DNA from: Laetmonice hystrix
Lineage: Eukaryota
Length of the DNA: 64,000 nucleotides
Direction of reading: 5' to 3'
Assembly: GCA_965235115.1 (NCBI GenBank)
Contig: OZ249440.1
Coordinates: forward strand, 17,174,001-17,238,000
A program made the position numbers and the translations under genes. Numbering within the stretch: the first letter of the stretch is position 1; every line of letters begins with the position of its first letter. This document shows, in pieces, positions 37,401 through 50,000 of the stretch. The notes beneath the pieces were generated by a model that saw nothing but the letters and a program-made list of their open reading frames with translations, was not told where the DNA came from and did no database searches.

Positions 37401-39649
37401 TTACACTGGAGGAGAAGCATGTATGTATACATAGGGGCTACATTACATTTCTTCTAGGGGCGTAGACGTCCTCCTGTTGACTGAACGCATTAGTGTGTTG
37501 GATTTCTTGTTGGCAATTCTCCCAGCACCTTTGACATTTGAAGGTGTAAATTTGTCTGGGAGGATTTTCTGTTGAATGTATTGCAAGAAGTAGAATTTTT
37601 TACCTCAGTAAATCACGGGGTGGCAACCGGTTGGCAGGTGCTGTCGCTTGCCAAGCTAAAACAGGAGTTGGTTTATTTATGTGAGTCACCTAAAGTGCTC
37701 TTTGCAGGCGGGTGGGAAGGCTGTCTGCCGCTTTCTGCTGTTGTCAGTATGTATGTAGATTTATATCCAAACTACGCCCCGAATAGGTGCGTGGGCTGAC
37801 AGTAATGAGAATCTCTGCGCCTGTTTCGGACTGCGCCATAACACGTGATCACGTTTATAGGCCGACTGCCGTGAACGTGTTGAGGTGGCGTTGTTGTAGC
37901 CAGGATTTCGAGAGAGACTTTGCCAGGATACGGTTGACCCTGAGCTTGTAACCTTGAGGTCTGTGGTTGGGGGGAGGGGCGTCCATATTCGGTGGGTGAG
38001 TCAGCTTTGTGTGGTGGCGGTGAATGTCTGTCAGTCAGCCCTGTCCGTCACCTCTCGCCGCTAGCATGATGTCAGCATACAATAACAACAACCGGAGCAC
38101 GACTCGCTGAGGCAGGTGTACCCGGCGCGACCTCTAGCGACGGTAGTGGGATCCACCTAACCGCACGCCCGACACTCAGTAATAGCACTGACCCACAAAC
38201 AGTAGGGGGAGGGGGGTTGAGGAGGAGGCCGGAGGGGGGGGGGGGCGCAGGGCGTGAGAAACACGGCCTAAATCCTTTGTCCTGCTAGCTCGGCACAGAA
38301 AACTCGGTTTACTTGCCAGCGCTGGGGTTAGAATCTGAGAGGATTATTTGACAAGTGGCCTAAGTAGTTGTCACAGAGGTTGAAAGGGATGGTGGTAATG
38401 TGGAGTGGGGGTGAACGACTTCTCAACTCAAACGTTGGATCCCTGGTGGTAGGGAGGTAGCCTGGGTCGTGAGATCGGAGAGGTCGAAGAGCAACATTTA
38501 TGCACTACCAATTCCCTCATGGATTTTCTATGTAAAATTAGCAAATCGCTACAGTTTTGGAGCTGTCATTATATCTTTATATATCGATATTAGATATCGA
38601 CTAATCTTTAAGGTTTATCTTACACCTGATGACCTGAGCCTGAAGTTCTGTTATATTAGTTGAAACCAGATCAGTTGGTACAGTTTTGTTCTTCGTTCTA
38701 AATAATCTTCAGGAAAGAATTGTTGGAAGGTACTTAGAAAACACATGAAAGTGCTCGAAGGGTCTTCAGTTAATTTTCGCCCCTGTTTGTTTGGGGGAAG
38801 AAATCGCCTGCACCAGTCAAAGTGACCTTCCTTATAATATGTGTGTACCTGTCAGGCTGTTGCTGTGGCTTAAACCCCAATCTCAAAATGAGAACTGAGG
38901 AGGATTCATTCCACTCAGACGGGTGGCCGGTACGGCAGGTGCTAGACATACACGCGTACATTGTTCTATTCAAGGCAGACTTTGAACGTGGTCAATAATT
39001 GTGTTGTCTTTAAAAGTTTAGGGCGTACTTTTTATTAGCACATCGAGATTAGTTGTCATATTAAAAAAGCATTAAAAAAATAAGCGGATTGGTGTTTGCA
39101 TGTTGAAAGACTTTTAAGAGGCTAGTGTGTGTTTGAAGTATAAAACAGGATCGTAAAAGGAAGCAAGTCTCTGTTGTGTGTGTCTAATTCTACTTCCCAA
39201 ATGTAGTCACGTATTATTTATGTGAAATTATGCGCCCATTACCTAGTACGATTCAGAAATAGCACTCATTACGGTGGTTTTTTCACGGCAAACATTTACC
39301 GCGGTGGCATGAGATGAGAGCGGTTGGGTGGGGGTTGGTGGCTGGGACGGCGCCGTTGCCTAGCAGTGACACGCGCTGTGGTGGTGCTGCCTGGAGTGTT
39401 AGGAATAGTGACAGTGATTCGGTCCAGGCCCCGGGCAGCGGGACCGGCCGCCGGATCACGGTCTGAGGCTGGGCGGGCGGTGGGTCGGCCCCAGCCAGGA
39501 GTATTGATTGATTACTGCCCAGGTTATCATCAGGATTATTATTATCATCGGATGACGCACCTGTTTTTATCCGACGGCGGCGGCAGCGTGCGACGCAGCT
39601 GGTGGTGGTGGTGATGCACCAAGGGCGGTTCTTATCAGGTCTTGTCATT

Positions 39650-40600
39650 GTCACTGGGAATGTTCGACCCATGGCTTCATTGTCAGTCAGTGGGAATGCT
39701 CGACCCATGGCTTCATTGTCAGTCAGTGGGAATGCTCGACCCATGGCTTCATTGTCAGTCAGTGGGAATGCTCGACCCATGGCTTCATTGTCAGTCAGTG
39801 GGAATGCTCGACCCATGGCTTCATTGTCAGTCAGTGGGAATGCTCGACCCATGGCTTCATTGTCAGTCAGTGGGAATGCTCGACCCATGGCTTCATTGTC
39901 AGTCAGTGGGAATGCTTGACCCATGGCTTCATTGTCAGTCAGTGGGAATGTTCGACCCATGGCTTCATTGTCAGTCAGTGGGAATGCTTGACCCATGGCT
40001 TCATTGTCAGTCAGTGGGAATGCGCCACCCATGGCTTCATTGTCAGTCAGTGGGAATGCGCCACCCATGGCTTCATTGTCAGTCAGAGGGAATGTTCGAG
40101 CCATGGCTTCATTGTCAGTGGGAATGCGCCACCCATGGCTTCATTGTCAGTGGGAATGCGCCTCCCATGGCTTCACTTTCAGTCACTGCATGGGAATGCT
40201 CGACCCATGGCTGTCAGTCAGTGGAAAAGCTCGACGGACGACCCATGGTTTCACTGTCACAGTATCAGTCAGTGGGAAGCTCGACCCATGGTTTCACTAT
40301 ATCACAGTATCAGTCAGTGGGAAAGCTCGACCCATGGTTTCACTATATCACAGTATCAGTCAGTGGGAAGCTCGACCCATGGTTTCACTATATCACAGTA
40401 TCAGTCAGTGGGAAAGCTCGACCCATGGTTTCACTATCACGTGTACAGTATCAGTCAGTGGGAATGCTCGACCCTTGGCTTCATTGTCAATCACTGGGAA
40501 TGCTCGACCCATGGTTTCAGTTCACTGTCAGTCAGTGGGAAAGCTCGACCCATGGTTTCACTAGTATCAGTCAGTGGGATTTCTCCACCCATGGTTTCTA
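39650..40600. repeat. 36-bp minisatellite (about 13 near-perfect copies) grading into longer diverged units
   Basis: Unit gggaatgctcgacccatggcttcattgtcagtcagt; later units such as gggaaagctcgacccatggtttcactatatcacagtatcagtcagt. Confidence 0.95.
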
Positions 40601-41249
40601 GTCAGTAAGAGTACTCCACCCATGATTTCACCCTCAGCCGGTAGGGATTCGTTATCGTCAGGTGAACTATTTCTTCTCCTGGATGATCCCAACGCCTGAA
40701 CATTGTAATGCCGCGATTCGAGGCACGTCCTATGTACCCAGGCCTTGCCACTGACAGGCTTGACGTCCCAACGTTATCACAGTCTCGTGCCACTGACAGG
40801 TTTGACGTCCCAACGTCATCACAGTCTCTCGGCGCCGTCTGAGTTACATCACATATTGCCATCACGTATGTGGCCGTGAGACGACACGACGTATGTTGAT
40901 CTCGGCGTGATTTAGATGGGGTTAGTAGGCTGTACCGATTGGAATGTCACGAATGAGTGGCATCAGGTATTGGTTCAGGTGTGCCCTACACCTGTCCTGT
41001 CATGGGATTGACAGATCTCTCAGTCCCGACAACTGGCTCGTTCTATTTATTCCGGAGTGTTGGACTGTGTGTTTTATTAGTAATTTATTCCGAGTGTTTT
41101 TTCATATGGAAAGTTAGATTTATTACTGAGAATATTTATCTTACCTGTGGTCGCCTGTGTTCGCGAGTGAAGAGAGGGTGAAGTTGAAGGCGACTGGTGC
41201 CTGGAAGTGTGGCCCTATTTCTAGGAAGTGCCAGCAAAAGGCTCTGATA

Positions 41250-41950
41250 CGAGAGTCGAGAGTCGGTGTGAAGGACTGAAGTCCCCAGAAACCAATTATA
41301 CTCGATTTACAGGAGGCTGCTATCATCAAGTATAATTGCTGCCGCTAGACTCCCCCCACAACAAGAATCCACCCATATACCGGTTAAGCGGGACGACACT
41401 GCCCTTATTATATTGAGGGACGCGTCCTCAGCCTGATGAAGGTCATAACATGCTGCAGCTGTCTTGATTTTATCTACACAGATGGCCTGCTCTCTATGGT
41501 GCTGGGAGATTCTATAGATGGAGGGTGCAAGTATGGCCAAACTGACCAAATCTTAGATTCAACATTTGTACCCTCCTACAGGACAAAACTTCCCGCTTAC
41601 CGTGTTCGACTAATAGCAATACAGTGTGTCCTGAAATTCTGGACTCGTTCGGAAATTCAATACTCTCCCAAAGACCAGGCCGAAGTATTGGACTCCGACT
41701 GATGTCACATCCTCCTGAGAAATCATCTCCAGTTTTAAACATACATGATGCAGATTGTTTTCGTGTGGATCCGTAGTTTGGTGACACCCTGTAGGCGAAC
41801 AGCCAGGGGCGCTCACAGCATGGTTATCGACGACCAAGAATAGTTGTAAGGGGACGTCGGTGGAGCACATAAAGATACCTTGTACTGAGAACATGATATG
41901 ACGGTGACCGTGATTAAGTGAAATCCAATCAGTCAGACGGAGAACATTGC
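41250..41950 (-). mobile_element. Decayed I-clade LINE RT fragment
   Basis: VQYFGLVFGRVLNF (KFLGLIFD.KL.F); downstream QCRPA*PVYGWILVVGESS resembles AFRTSPVESLYVEAGEPS. Confidence 0.4.
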
Positions 41951-43264
41951 AAGGTTTATCTCTGATAACAGGCACAAGAAGCGGCCAGATAAGGTGAGGG
42001 CTTATAAAATATTATATGGCCCTACAGAAGTTTAGTAGGTTAGTACTATGTGCACAGGCAGCACTTGCTGGACAAGGAGTAAAGTCCCTGGCCCTGGTTT
42101 TTAGTTTGCAAACCTTCTGATTGGTCCTTTAAATGAAGTCAGCCAATGAGAGACCATAACACAAGTCAGTCTTAAAATCCCAGTCTTAAGATTGGTAAAA
42201 TGACGAACTAAAAACCGGGCCCAGGAGTAGGTGTGTGTTGGGGGGGGGGGGGGGAGATCCCGACCCCTGGTGAGAAGAGAGCGAGTCACATTAGAACCCG
42301 TCCCATCCCGTTAGCCGGCACGCAACCGCAGAAACGTCCATACGCACGTGTTCCGGACCCCCTACCCCGACCCTAGCCATAAATAGGCCCCTGGATGAAC
42401 AGACACCCCTCTGTGATGGAAAGGGCGCCATCAGGGGTCAGAGGTGAAAGGTGAATCGGTGACCCAGTTCCGGTTGTAGTGTGATTTACCGGCCTGCGTT
42501 CCCCAGTGAGTTGTTGGACTGTGTGTTGTCCTTGTGTGTGTTGCCCCACCCGGATACCAACCATTAACACACATACACTTGAACACTCTTACCTCCAGGT
42601 TGGAGGGAAGGCTTGGTGTGCAAACAAACCGTAAAAAATGGGGTCGTCATTTGACAGTGGTAGGCCACAAAGAGTTGGCCAGCAGTATAATATTGTCACC
42701 AGGAAGCCGGAGGCAAGTTAAATATCTGTGACCTTGAAATTCGAGCCGGGATGCCACCGCTGTGATGTGTGTGTATTTGACGAACGGCCCCAGCACTCCT
42801 TCACAGTATGTTTGCACGTGGTTCCGTTAATAAGAGAGGGTGTTTTGATGACACACTTTGGGCATGTACAAATCCGCCTGTGACCTTGGCACCTTTGACC
42901 TTGTGTATAAATCCGAAGCTGAACCATTTACTCTAATTAGAACTCGGATAATGGTGTGGTTGACAGACGGTGTCATGCTGTGAGGATGTCTTGATGAAGG
43001 ATAAAACTAGGTTAATTAGAAGAGCCTTGAGGTGGGGTCTGATAGGAATACGTATTGCCGATGTGATTGCGAGAGAGGGTCGTGAGAGGTGATGGAGACG
43101 TCGGATACACCGTGACTAACGGTAACCATATACACCGACCTCCACGTTACCATCGATCCGACAGTCAGCCGTCAACCTGCAGAAGACAAATTTTATGACA
43201 GGATGCTTGTTCAATTAGTCACTACGCGCGCAAGAAGGGAACGGTATTGGTGATGTACTGATGA

Positions 43265-43585
43265 TGAGGGCCAGGATTTAGGACATACCTTAACCAGGGG
43301 CCAGGACATAGGACAGAACGTGTGACACCTTGATCAGAGTAAGGATTTAGGACACAGGTGATAATGACACCTTATTCAGGGCAATGTATACATCCTTATT
43401 CAGGGCCATGATTTAGGACACAGGTGATAATGTATGCATGATACTTATTCAAGGCCAGGATTTAGGACACACAGGTGATAATGATACCTTATTCCGGGGC
43501 CAGGATGTAGCACACAGGTGATAATGTATGTTACATTATGATACCTTAATGATCAGGGGTCAGTATTTAGGACACATGTGACTTG
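43265..43585. repeat. Degenerate minisatellite of about 40 bp
   Basis: Recurring ggccaggatttaggacacaggtgataatgataccttattcag. Confidence 0.85.
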
Positions 43586-44333
43586 CAGCACATTCTAACC
43601 GGAGAGACAGAGAGCCGCGTGCCTGTCACCTGAGGATGAGCAATGACTACGACCTGGCTGACCCTTGCTCCTACAGACAGCGGGGTCTCCCTCCCTCCCT
43701 TCCTCCCTCCCAGCTGCCGCTATTGTCTGCCTTACAGCCGGCATCTGTCAGTGAGATGTTTACATGTCGGGGTCATCCCTGTACAAACACTGATGGCAGG
43801 CCACAGGTTCTGAGGTTGGTGGTGACTGCCAGAGCACGCCCTATATGATCCATGTACATGAGGATCAGGCGGCCAAGCAGATTGTGGATGGGAGCCACTG
43901 TCTCGTCTCTCCAAACATCTCCGTATTCCGGCGTTTGGCTTCCGATTTTAGATCGTGCATGTGGTCCACTTGGCTGTCAGCTGAAAAAAAGAGAGTTGAT
44001 GAAAAAGTGATAATTGCCTAAAGGGTTGTCGGGGGAGGGGGTATCTGGGAACCTCCTCTTGCCTGGGCTGGATCTATGCCAGGCGAACAACATTGTCACC
44101 CGCCGTTAAAAACACCGGATACACGTGAATCTAGCCAAGCCTACTTGGAAACACATTCTCTTCATCTGTGCAGGCGAGTGTGAGGGAGGTCGTGTTTATT
44201 GGGCCGCTTGTGCCTGGAATGCCTGTCAGACATAGTACATCATTCAAGTTTGTTGATTGCCATGAGATCAGATTTGAATTGATACACTGACATCAGGCTA
44301 CCGTACTTGATATTTTGGTTCGGATTGTTTGTT

Positions 44334-44438
44334 ATTGCCAGGTTTATGGTATTCACTGGGACCTGTTGTTAAATGACTGAGCATTGTGATTGCCAGGTTT
44401 TGGTATTCACTGGGACCTGTTGTTAAATGACTGAGCAT
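44334..44438. repeat. 55-bp tandem duplication, 2 copies
   Basis: attgccaggttt(a)tggtattcactgggacctgttgttaaatgactgagcat occurs twice. Confidence 0.9.
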
Positions 44439-46890
44439 GCCTCTAAATTGGCTCAAACACAGGTGTAAATGATATTGTAAGTAACAGATCCACGACTATG
44501 GACCGACTTTGGGGTTGATTTATACGTCTGTGGAAATATTCACTCTATTATATTATTGTTAGTAAACAGGCCGCTGCCGCTGGTTGTATCGGTCGGAGTG
44601 GTGGACTCAATCCACTCCACCCAGTGTGTATAATGTTCATGTTGTCGGGGTCCTGGCTATCGTCACTCAGTGCCGGGCTGACTTGATGACTGGTGACGGT
44701 GACCTGACTCGTGGTCACAGCCCCACCCCGCTCACAGACAGACACTGGGCCTGGCAGCACCTTGACTCTCAGTCTCTAAGTACAGACTAACTGATATTTA
44801 TGTAGAAAAGAGACATGTGTCGTACACGTACAGGTTAAAACGTGTGAAAGTTTACATGTAAACACCGGCTGGCTCCTGTGGTATTAGCGCCAGCGTCGGG
44901 AATCTGATGGTGTTTGAGAGTTGTTACTTTTGTTGTTTGAATTTGATGACATGGAAGACAGAAGGAGCCCACAACAGCAGGTGAATATGACAGGGAATGG
45001 TTGTTAGCTACCTGTACGTGGGCGTGGATCAGGGATGGGGGCTGGGATGGGAGGGGGGGGGGGGGGGGGGGGTCATGAATTAGTGAATCCATACACGTAA
45101 ACTAAGGTTTTACTATTATATCACTGGAAATATCGAAGGGCTGAGTCTGTAGGCGTACTCATACAAGCCAGGGTATCTTGTGTAAATTTGGGAGGCAGCG
45201 GTATGAACCCTATTGCATCTTATATAAAGTTAGGTAAAAATTACTAGGGTTAAGGAGCTTTGATCTTCTATCAAAATGTAAATACCTGTAATCTCTAACT
45301 AAACTAAGGAGAACGCCCATAGCGAGTGTGTGTATCCTGTGACCTTGAATTAGCTGGTTGTGTAAACATGAATGAGAGTAATAGATAAACCATAGATATC
45401 AATAGTGTAGGTGAAGGTCGGAGTCTACCACCTGGCGCGGTGCCCAGGTTATCCAACCAGTCGGAGGTCGGGGGGCGTGTCTGCCAGAGGTAGCCAGTGA
45501 TATTAAACCAATCTCCGGATCCACGTGAATAATTGACATGTACGCGGGGATAGTATGGCAGAGAGGAGGTGTGCTGACGGTGACCGTTTACTCCCCCGGG
45601 CTGGGGGGGGGGGGGGGTATAGTGTGTTAGAGCGGTCGGGTGTTGAGGTAATAGATATGCTGTGTACAGTTGAGTAAGACTAGATCACAGGCGTTAAACC
45701 CTCTCTGCGGATCCACACCTGTTGTTTTTGGTATCACTCACCATTATGGGGGGGGGGGGGGTATTCAGTACTGGTCAGTGTTTGGTAAGCCTGCCGCCTA
45801 CTGGTCAGGTAGTTGTTCACACATCTTCCACCCGCTCTGCTCACACCCCCACCACATATTAACACCGAATTAACCTGGCCGAAGTGTGGCAGAAACTTTA
45901 GAAGCTCGACGATATGAGAGTTAATCAAAGCAGGCACTGGGCTGAAGCATACAGACCTCAGACAATGAACTAGGCCTGTGGCATGTCACACAACCGACCC
46001 AAAGGGCCAAGGTCGGGGCAAGGTCGAATGCTTAGAAGGCTTGTCAAAGGGCATTTGTGTAAGCTGATACGCATGAAAGGCTTTAGGGGAGACAAAATTG
46101 TGTTAATGGCTTTGGTAGTATGCTATAATTGGTGAGGAATTGCGGGCTGATGGTGTGATGGAGAGCAGGTTTAGTTAGTTAGTGGGAGGCGTTGAGTTAC
46201 CGGAGTCACGTTACGGCAGGTCAAGAGGTCGGCTATGTGTGTACGCCGCCACAACAGGGACGTTAATCTCGGCGGATATTATTGCCCAGGTCAGTCCGTG
46301 CCCACATCTTCAGGGCTCTGCAATATGTCAGTTTTATTTTTGACTGTACATACATAGGCAGTGATGGCTTGATCATAGTTGATGGCAGAGTGAGTGAGGT
46401 TATATCAAACCGTGTAAGGTAGTGTGTGAGGGTTTTAAATACTGTCGGCGGTGTGGAGAGAGATGTTTAACTGGGTGTGGTGTCTGAGGTTGCTCCATGT
46501 ACGCCGGAAGACGAGGCGCTGTGAAGGATCGAGTCTGACAAAAACTTTTGATAAATGTATACACAACTGGGCAGGTTGAGATGTAATGGTCAGTGTCGTG
46601 TTCTATAACAAAGGGAAGTCGCTCTCTGTACATGTCGCCATTGTTTTCTGTTCCAGGACATTATTCACCAGTGTCTTCTCCGTGTTTTTAGTCATGGTCG
46701 TGTATTGTCTGGTTTCAGTTGATGTGTTTTGTTAGTGACCCCCCCCCCTCCCGTTTGTATTCTCTTCATGAGCAACGTATACCCATTGGTGACCCATCTT
46801 GATGCCCTTGCCCAATCTCGCCACTGACCGTTTCCATGCCATCCCTTGTCACGTGACCAGTTCCATGACGTATGGTGGTTTCAGTTCCAG

Positions 46891-47097
46891 GATGTGGACA
46901 CGTCGGTGCCGTCGCCGGCCCGTGAACACCCGGAGGTGGTGAAGGAGGTACGCGGCTGGTTGGAGTACCAGGAGGGCCAGAGCATCCTCCTGACCACGCC
47001 CTCCGTCCTGGTTGGTTTCAGGGTGGAGGTCTACCGGGCTGAGGGCACTACACAGTGGTACACAGCCGTTATACAGTCCTACAACGACAGCACCAGG
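46891..47097 (+). CDS. JMJD1C: JMJD1C/KDM3 coding exon, 207 nt, phase 0-0
   Basis: ttccag| acceptor, agg|gtgagt donor. DVDTSVPSPAREHPEVVKEVRGWLEYQEGQSILLTTPSVLVGFRVEVYRAEGTTQWYTAVIQSYNDSTR matches JMJD1C ...GYRVRVYRQDSATQWFTGII... Confidence 0.93.
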
Positions 47098-50000
47098 GTG
47101 AGTACAAACAGCTCTTCCTCAAGCTGGCATAGTCTGCTATATATGTCAATATCAAGATGCCTTTATCAGAAATGTTGAAAAATAAAGTGACCACTGTAAT
47201 AGGAAATTGAGCTGGAATAAGAAATCGGAAGTTCGTTAAAAAAGGATGCGGCTCCTTATAAAGAATTTGCAGTTTTTACAGCGTATAGAGTGTTTATTTT
47301 TTTCCATTTTTGGCAGAACTGTCAGCACATGCGTAGACCTACACACTTAAAAAAGGTCATAGGATAATTACTATAGTCGGGTGGTCTTGCTAGCTTACCC
47401 TTCTTCTGTGTTGGTATATTTGGCCACAATGGAGAAGTCCTGGGTTGTCCAGCATGATATGGTAATTAAAGTGAGTGCATCTTGGTCACCGCGTCAGTTG
47501 TTGGTTGTGACAGCAGACCTATACATATCATGTGTAGGTTCCTCAGGAGCTCACTGCTACCGCTATAATAGCGGCAAGAAAGTTCCCGCGGCAAAACGTG
47601 GGTAGTCTGAACGCTGATCTTTATCAGACCTTATCATTTCTGCCGGCAGAAGCTCTCCCGGCAACTAGGTGTGAACACGGCCTAGGGCACAGGTGTTTTT
47701 TTTTTGAATGGCGGCATCAGGCAATCACTAAAGATATTTGAAGGCTAAAATCCCAGTCAGACAGTGCTTGTCACGGCCAGTTGTGTTAGTCATGACCTCA
47801 TGGTTATTTCCCAGTAAGTTGTGACTTTATATGAGTAGAACGTAGTATTATAATGAGAGCCTGGTCTGTGACGTTGATGGAGGGCCTCCGTCGGCACGTT
47901 GAGATTCCTGTCTGTGCGCGGCGGGCATTCATCAACGTAAAGTGGTGATAAAGGTAGCCATTAATATGTATTGCCATGGTAACAGTTGGTACGACCTGCC
48001 CAGTTGTCTGTTTGGAGGTCACGTCCTCAGAGGTCGCGGCCTGGCGACCAAGAAGTGGTCCAGACACTGAGACCAGTGTGGTTTGGGCCGAAACCGACCT
48101 GGGTCCAGCATTGGATTCTCACTCATGAAAATCGGGCACATTCTACAAACTACATTTGATGTAATTGACTGAGGTACCGTAAAACAAATCTTTCTTTGCT
48201 ATACCCTCCCCTCTCCCGGCATCTAAAAACACAACTCCCAGGCACTGAGGCAGTCCAGGTTTTTGACGTTCTTTAACCAGTACCGTTGGGCCAGCCTCCC
48301 AGAGCCTCTCGCCCTGGGCAGGTTAGGATTCCCACATTCTGCCGATTGATAACTGTAGATGGGAACCGACAGGAAGCTTTTAGTGATGGGTCATCTGGAT
48401 GGCCACAGTTGCCCAGTCGTTAACGTTATATTTTTGTTTGGCACAGTGAAGGATAGAAATGACATTTTGGGACGAGGACCCGTGTTGTGACATCCTGGTG
48501 GCTTGCTGCAGGGTAATTGTTGGAAGGTCGCCGGAAAAACGGCGACCATTTCTGAGTGTGATCTTCGCTGTGGTCACGTGTGACCGGCACACTGTACGCA
48601 GAATGTAACTGTGCCCTGGATCGGCAACAAGTTGAAGAAACAAGTACTATTGAGAAACCCTACCCCAATAAGGTGAAGTGGAGGTGGGGTAGAAACCTGG
48701 GGTAATTTATAGGGAGGGGGGTTGTCAATGTTATCAGTCAGGTCTGTCTACAATCTGTCCTCAAGAAATGGGTCTGCTCCTTACTTTGGATAGTCTAGTC
48801 TTGCTCTCGTACTGAACATGGAGAGGGGAGAGTGTAGCATCACTGATTGAAGGGGGGGGGGGGGTGCTTGTTGCTGAGTTGCTGCTGCTGCTGCGTAAGT
48901 TATTCAGACAGATATTATACAAAACGGATACGACTACATCTATCGGTATTTTACTTTCAAACAAGGTTCACTCGCCCTTTAGCCGGCCTCTTTCTGACAG
49001 GAGTGTGAGTAACGCAGTCCACCCCCCTCCCCCACCTCACATCAGACAATCATTCTGAAGGCAGAATTCATTTGTAGTCAGGTACTTGATTTGTGGGGTG
49101 AACCATAATTTTTGTTACCCCGTCAGTAATCTTTCCAGTCAGTCTGCTCTATTTTTTTTTACCGGGACGAGTTTCCGTTTTTTAACCCCATTTCTGGGTC
49201 ATGTGATGACTGGGGCCGGTTTGATGGAGTTGTGAGTGAGTGTGGGAACGGTAGCATATGGTCAGGGTGACAGCTCGGCATTGAGGGTGTGCAGTCTACC
49301 CTTCAATCCCGAGGAGGTCGGCACGCCCCTCCAGACCCCCCCCCCCTCGTCTCCCTCCAGCAGTGGCACGGGAGCGGCCAGGCACACATGTCTCTGAACA
49401 TGTTCGTCGGCCTCACGTGTCCTCATCGACTGGGAGGTGGACAGGGGGGTCAACCTATGACCTTTGCCGCAGTCCTGCGTGTCTGAAGCACACTCGTCAA
49501 AATATGTTGACAGGCTGAACTTCATTACGACGGCACCGACTCAAGACTTGTCATGGGAGTGTCCCTGTTTGAGTGGTCAGGTGGGTGTCCCTGCGTCCAG
49601 TCATTGAGAAAATGGTCTATGTTGACGAAATATTCTTATATATCCATGGTTTACTCGGGGATTCCTGAATGATGCAGTCATCAAGAAAGGTTTGTAGAAG
49701 GGTTCCAGTGTGAGGTCTGTTTGAACAGCCTTGAATCGGACGATCTGTGCTTCCTAACGGCACTCCGCTCCCCCCCCCCCCAACCCTCCCGCCCCAATGT
49801 ATTCTGAAGTTGTAGGTTAGCAAACAATGTGCGACATCTTTGACACCTCAGGCGGTGTCTGTGTTTGACCACCGACAGGAGGTGGGATACTTACCGTTTG
49901 TGAAGACTATAAAAGGTAGACCTCGGGTGGCCGCCGCCTCGTTTTGACGAGGCCTCGGAAACAGCGTCTCCGCGACCCCGTGACCCGTCACGGAGAGGGT

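Noticed and set aside
47570-47685. Harbinger-like single TIR end (gtgtgaacacggcct); similar lone end with tacga repeats at 50290-50370
   Set aside because: No matching opposite end or TSD.
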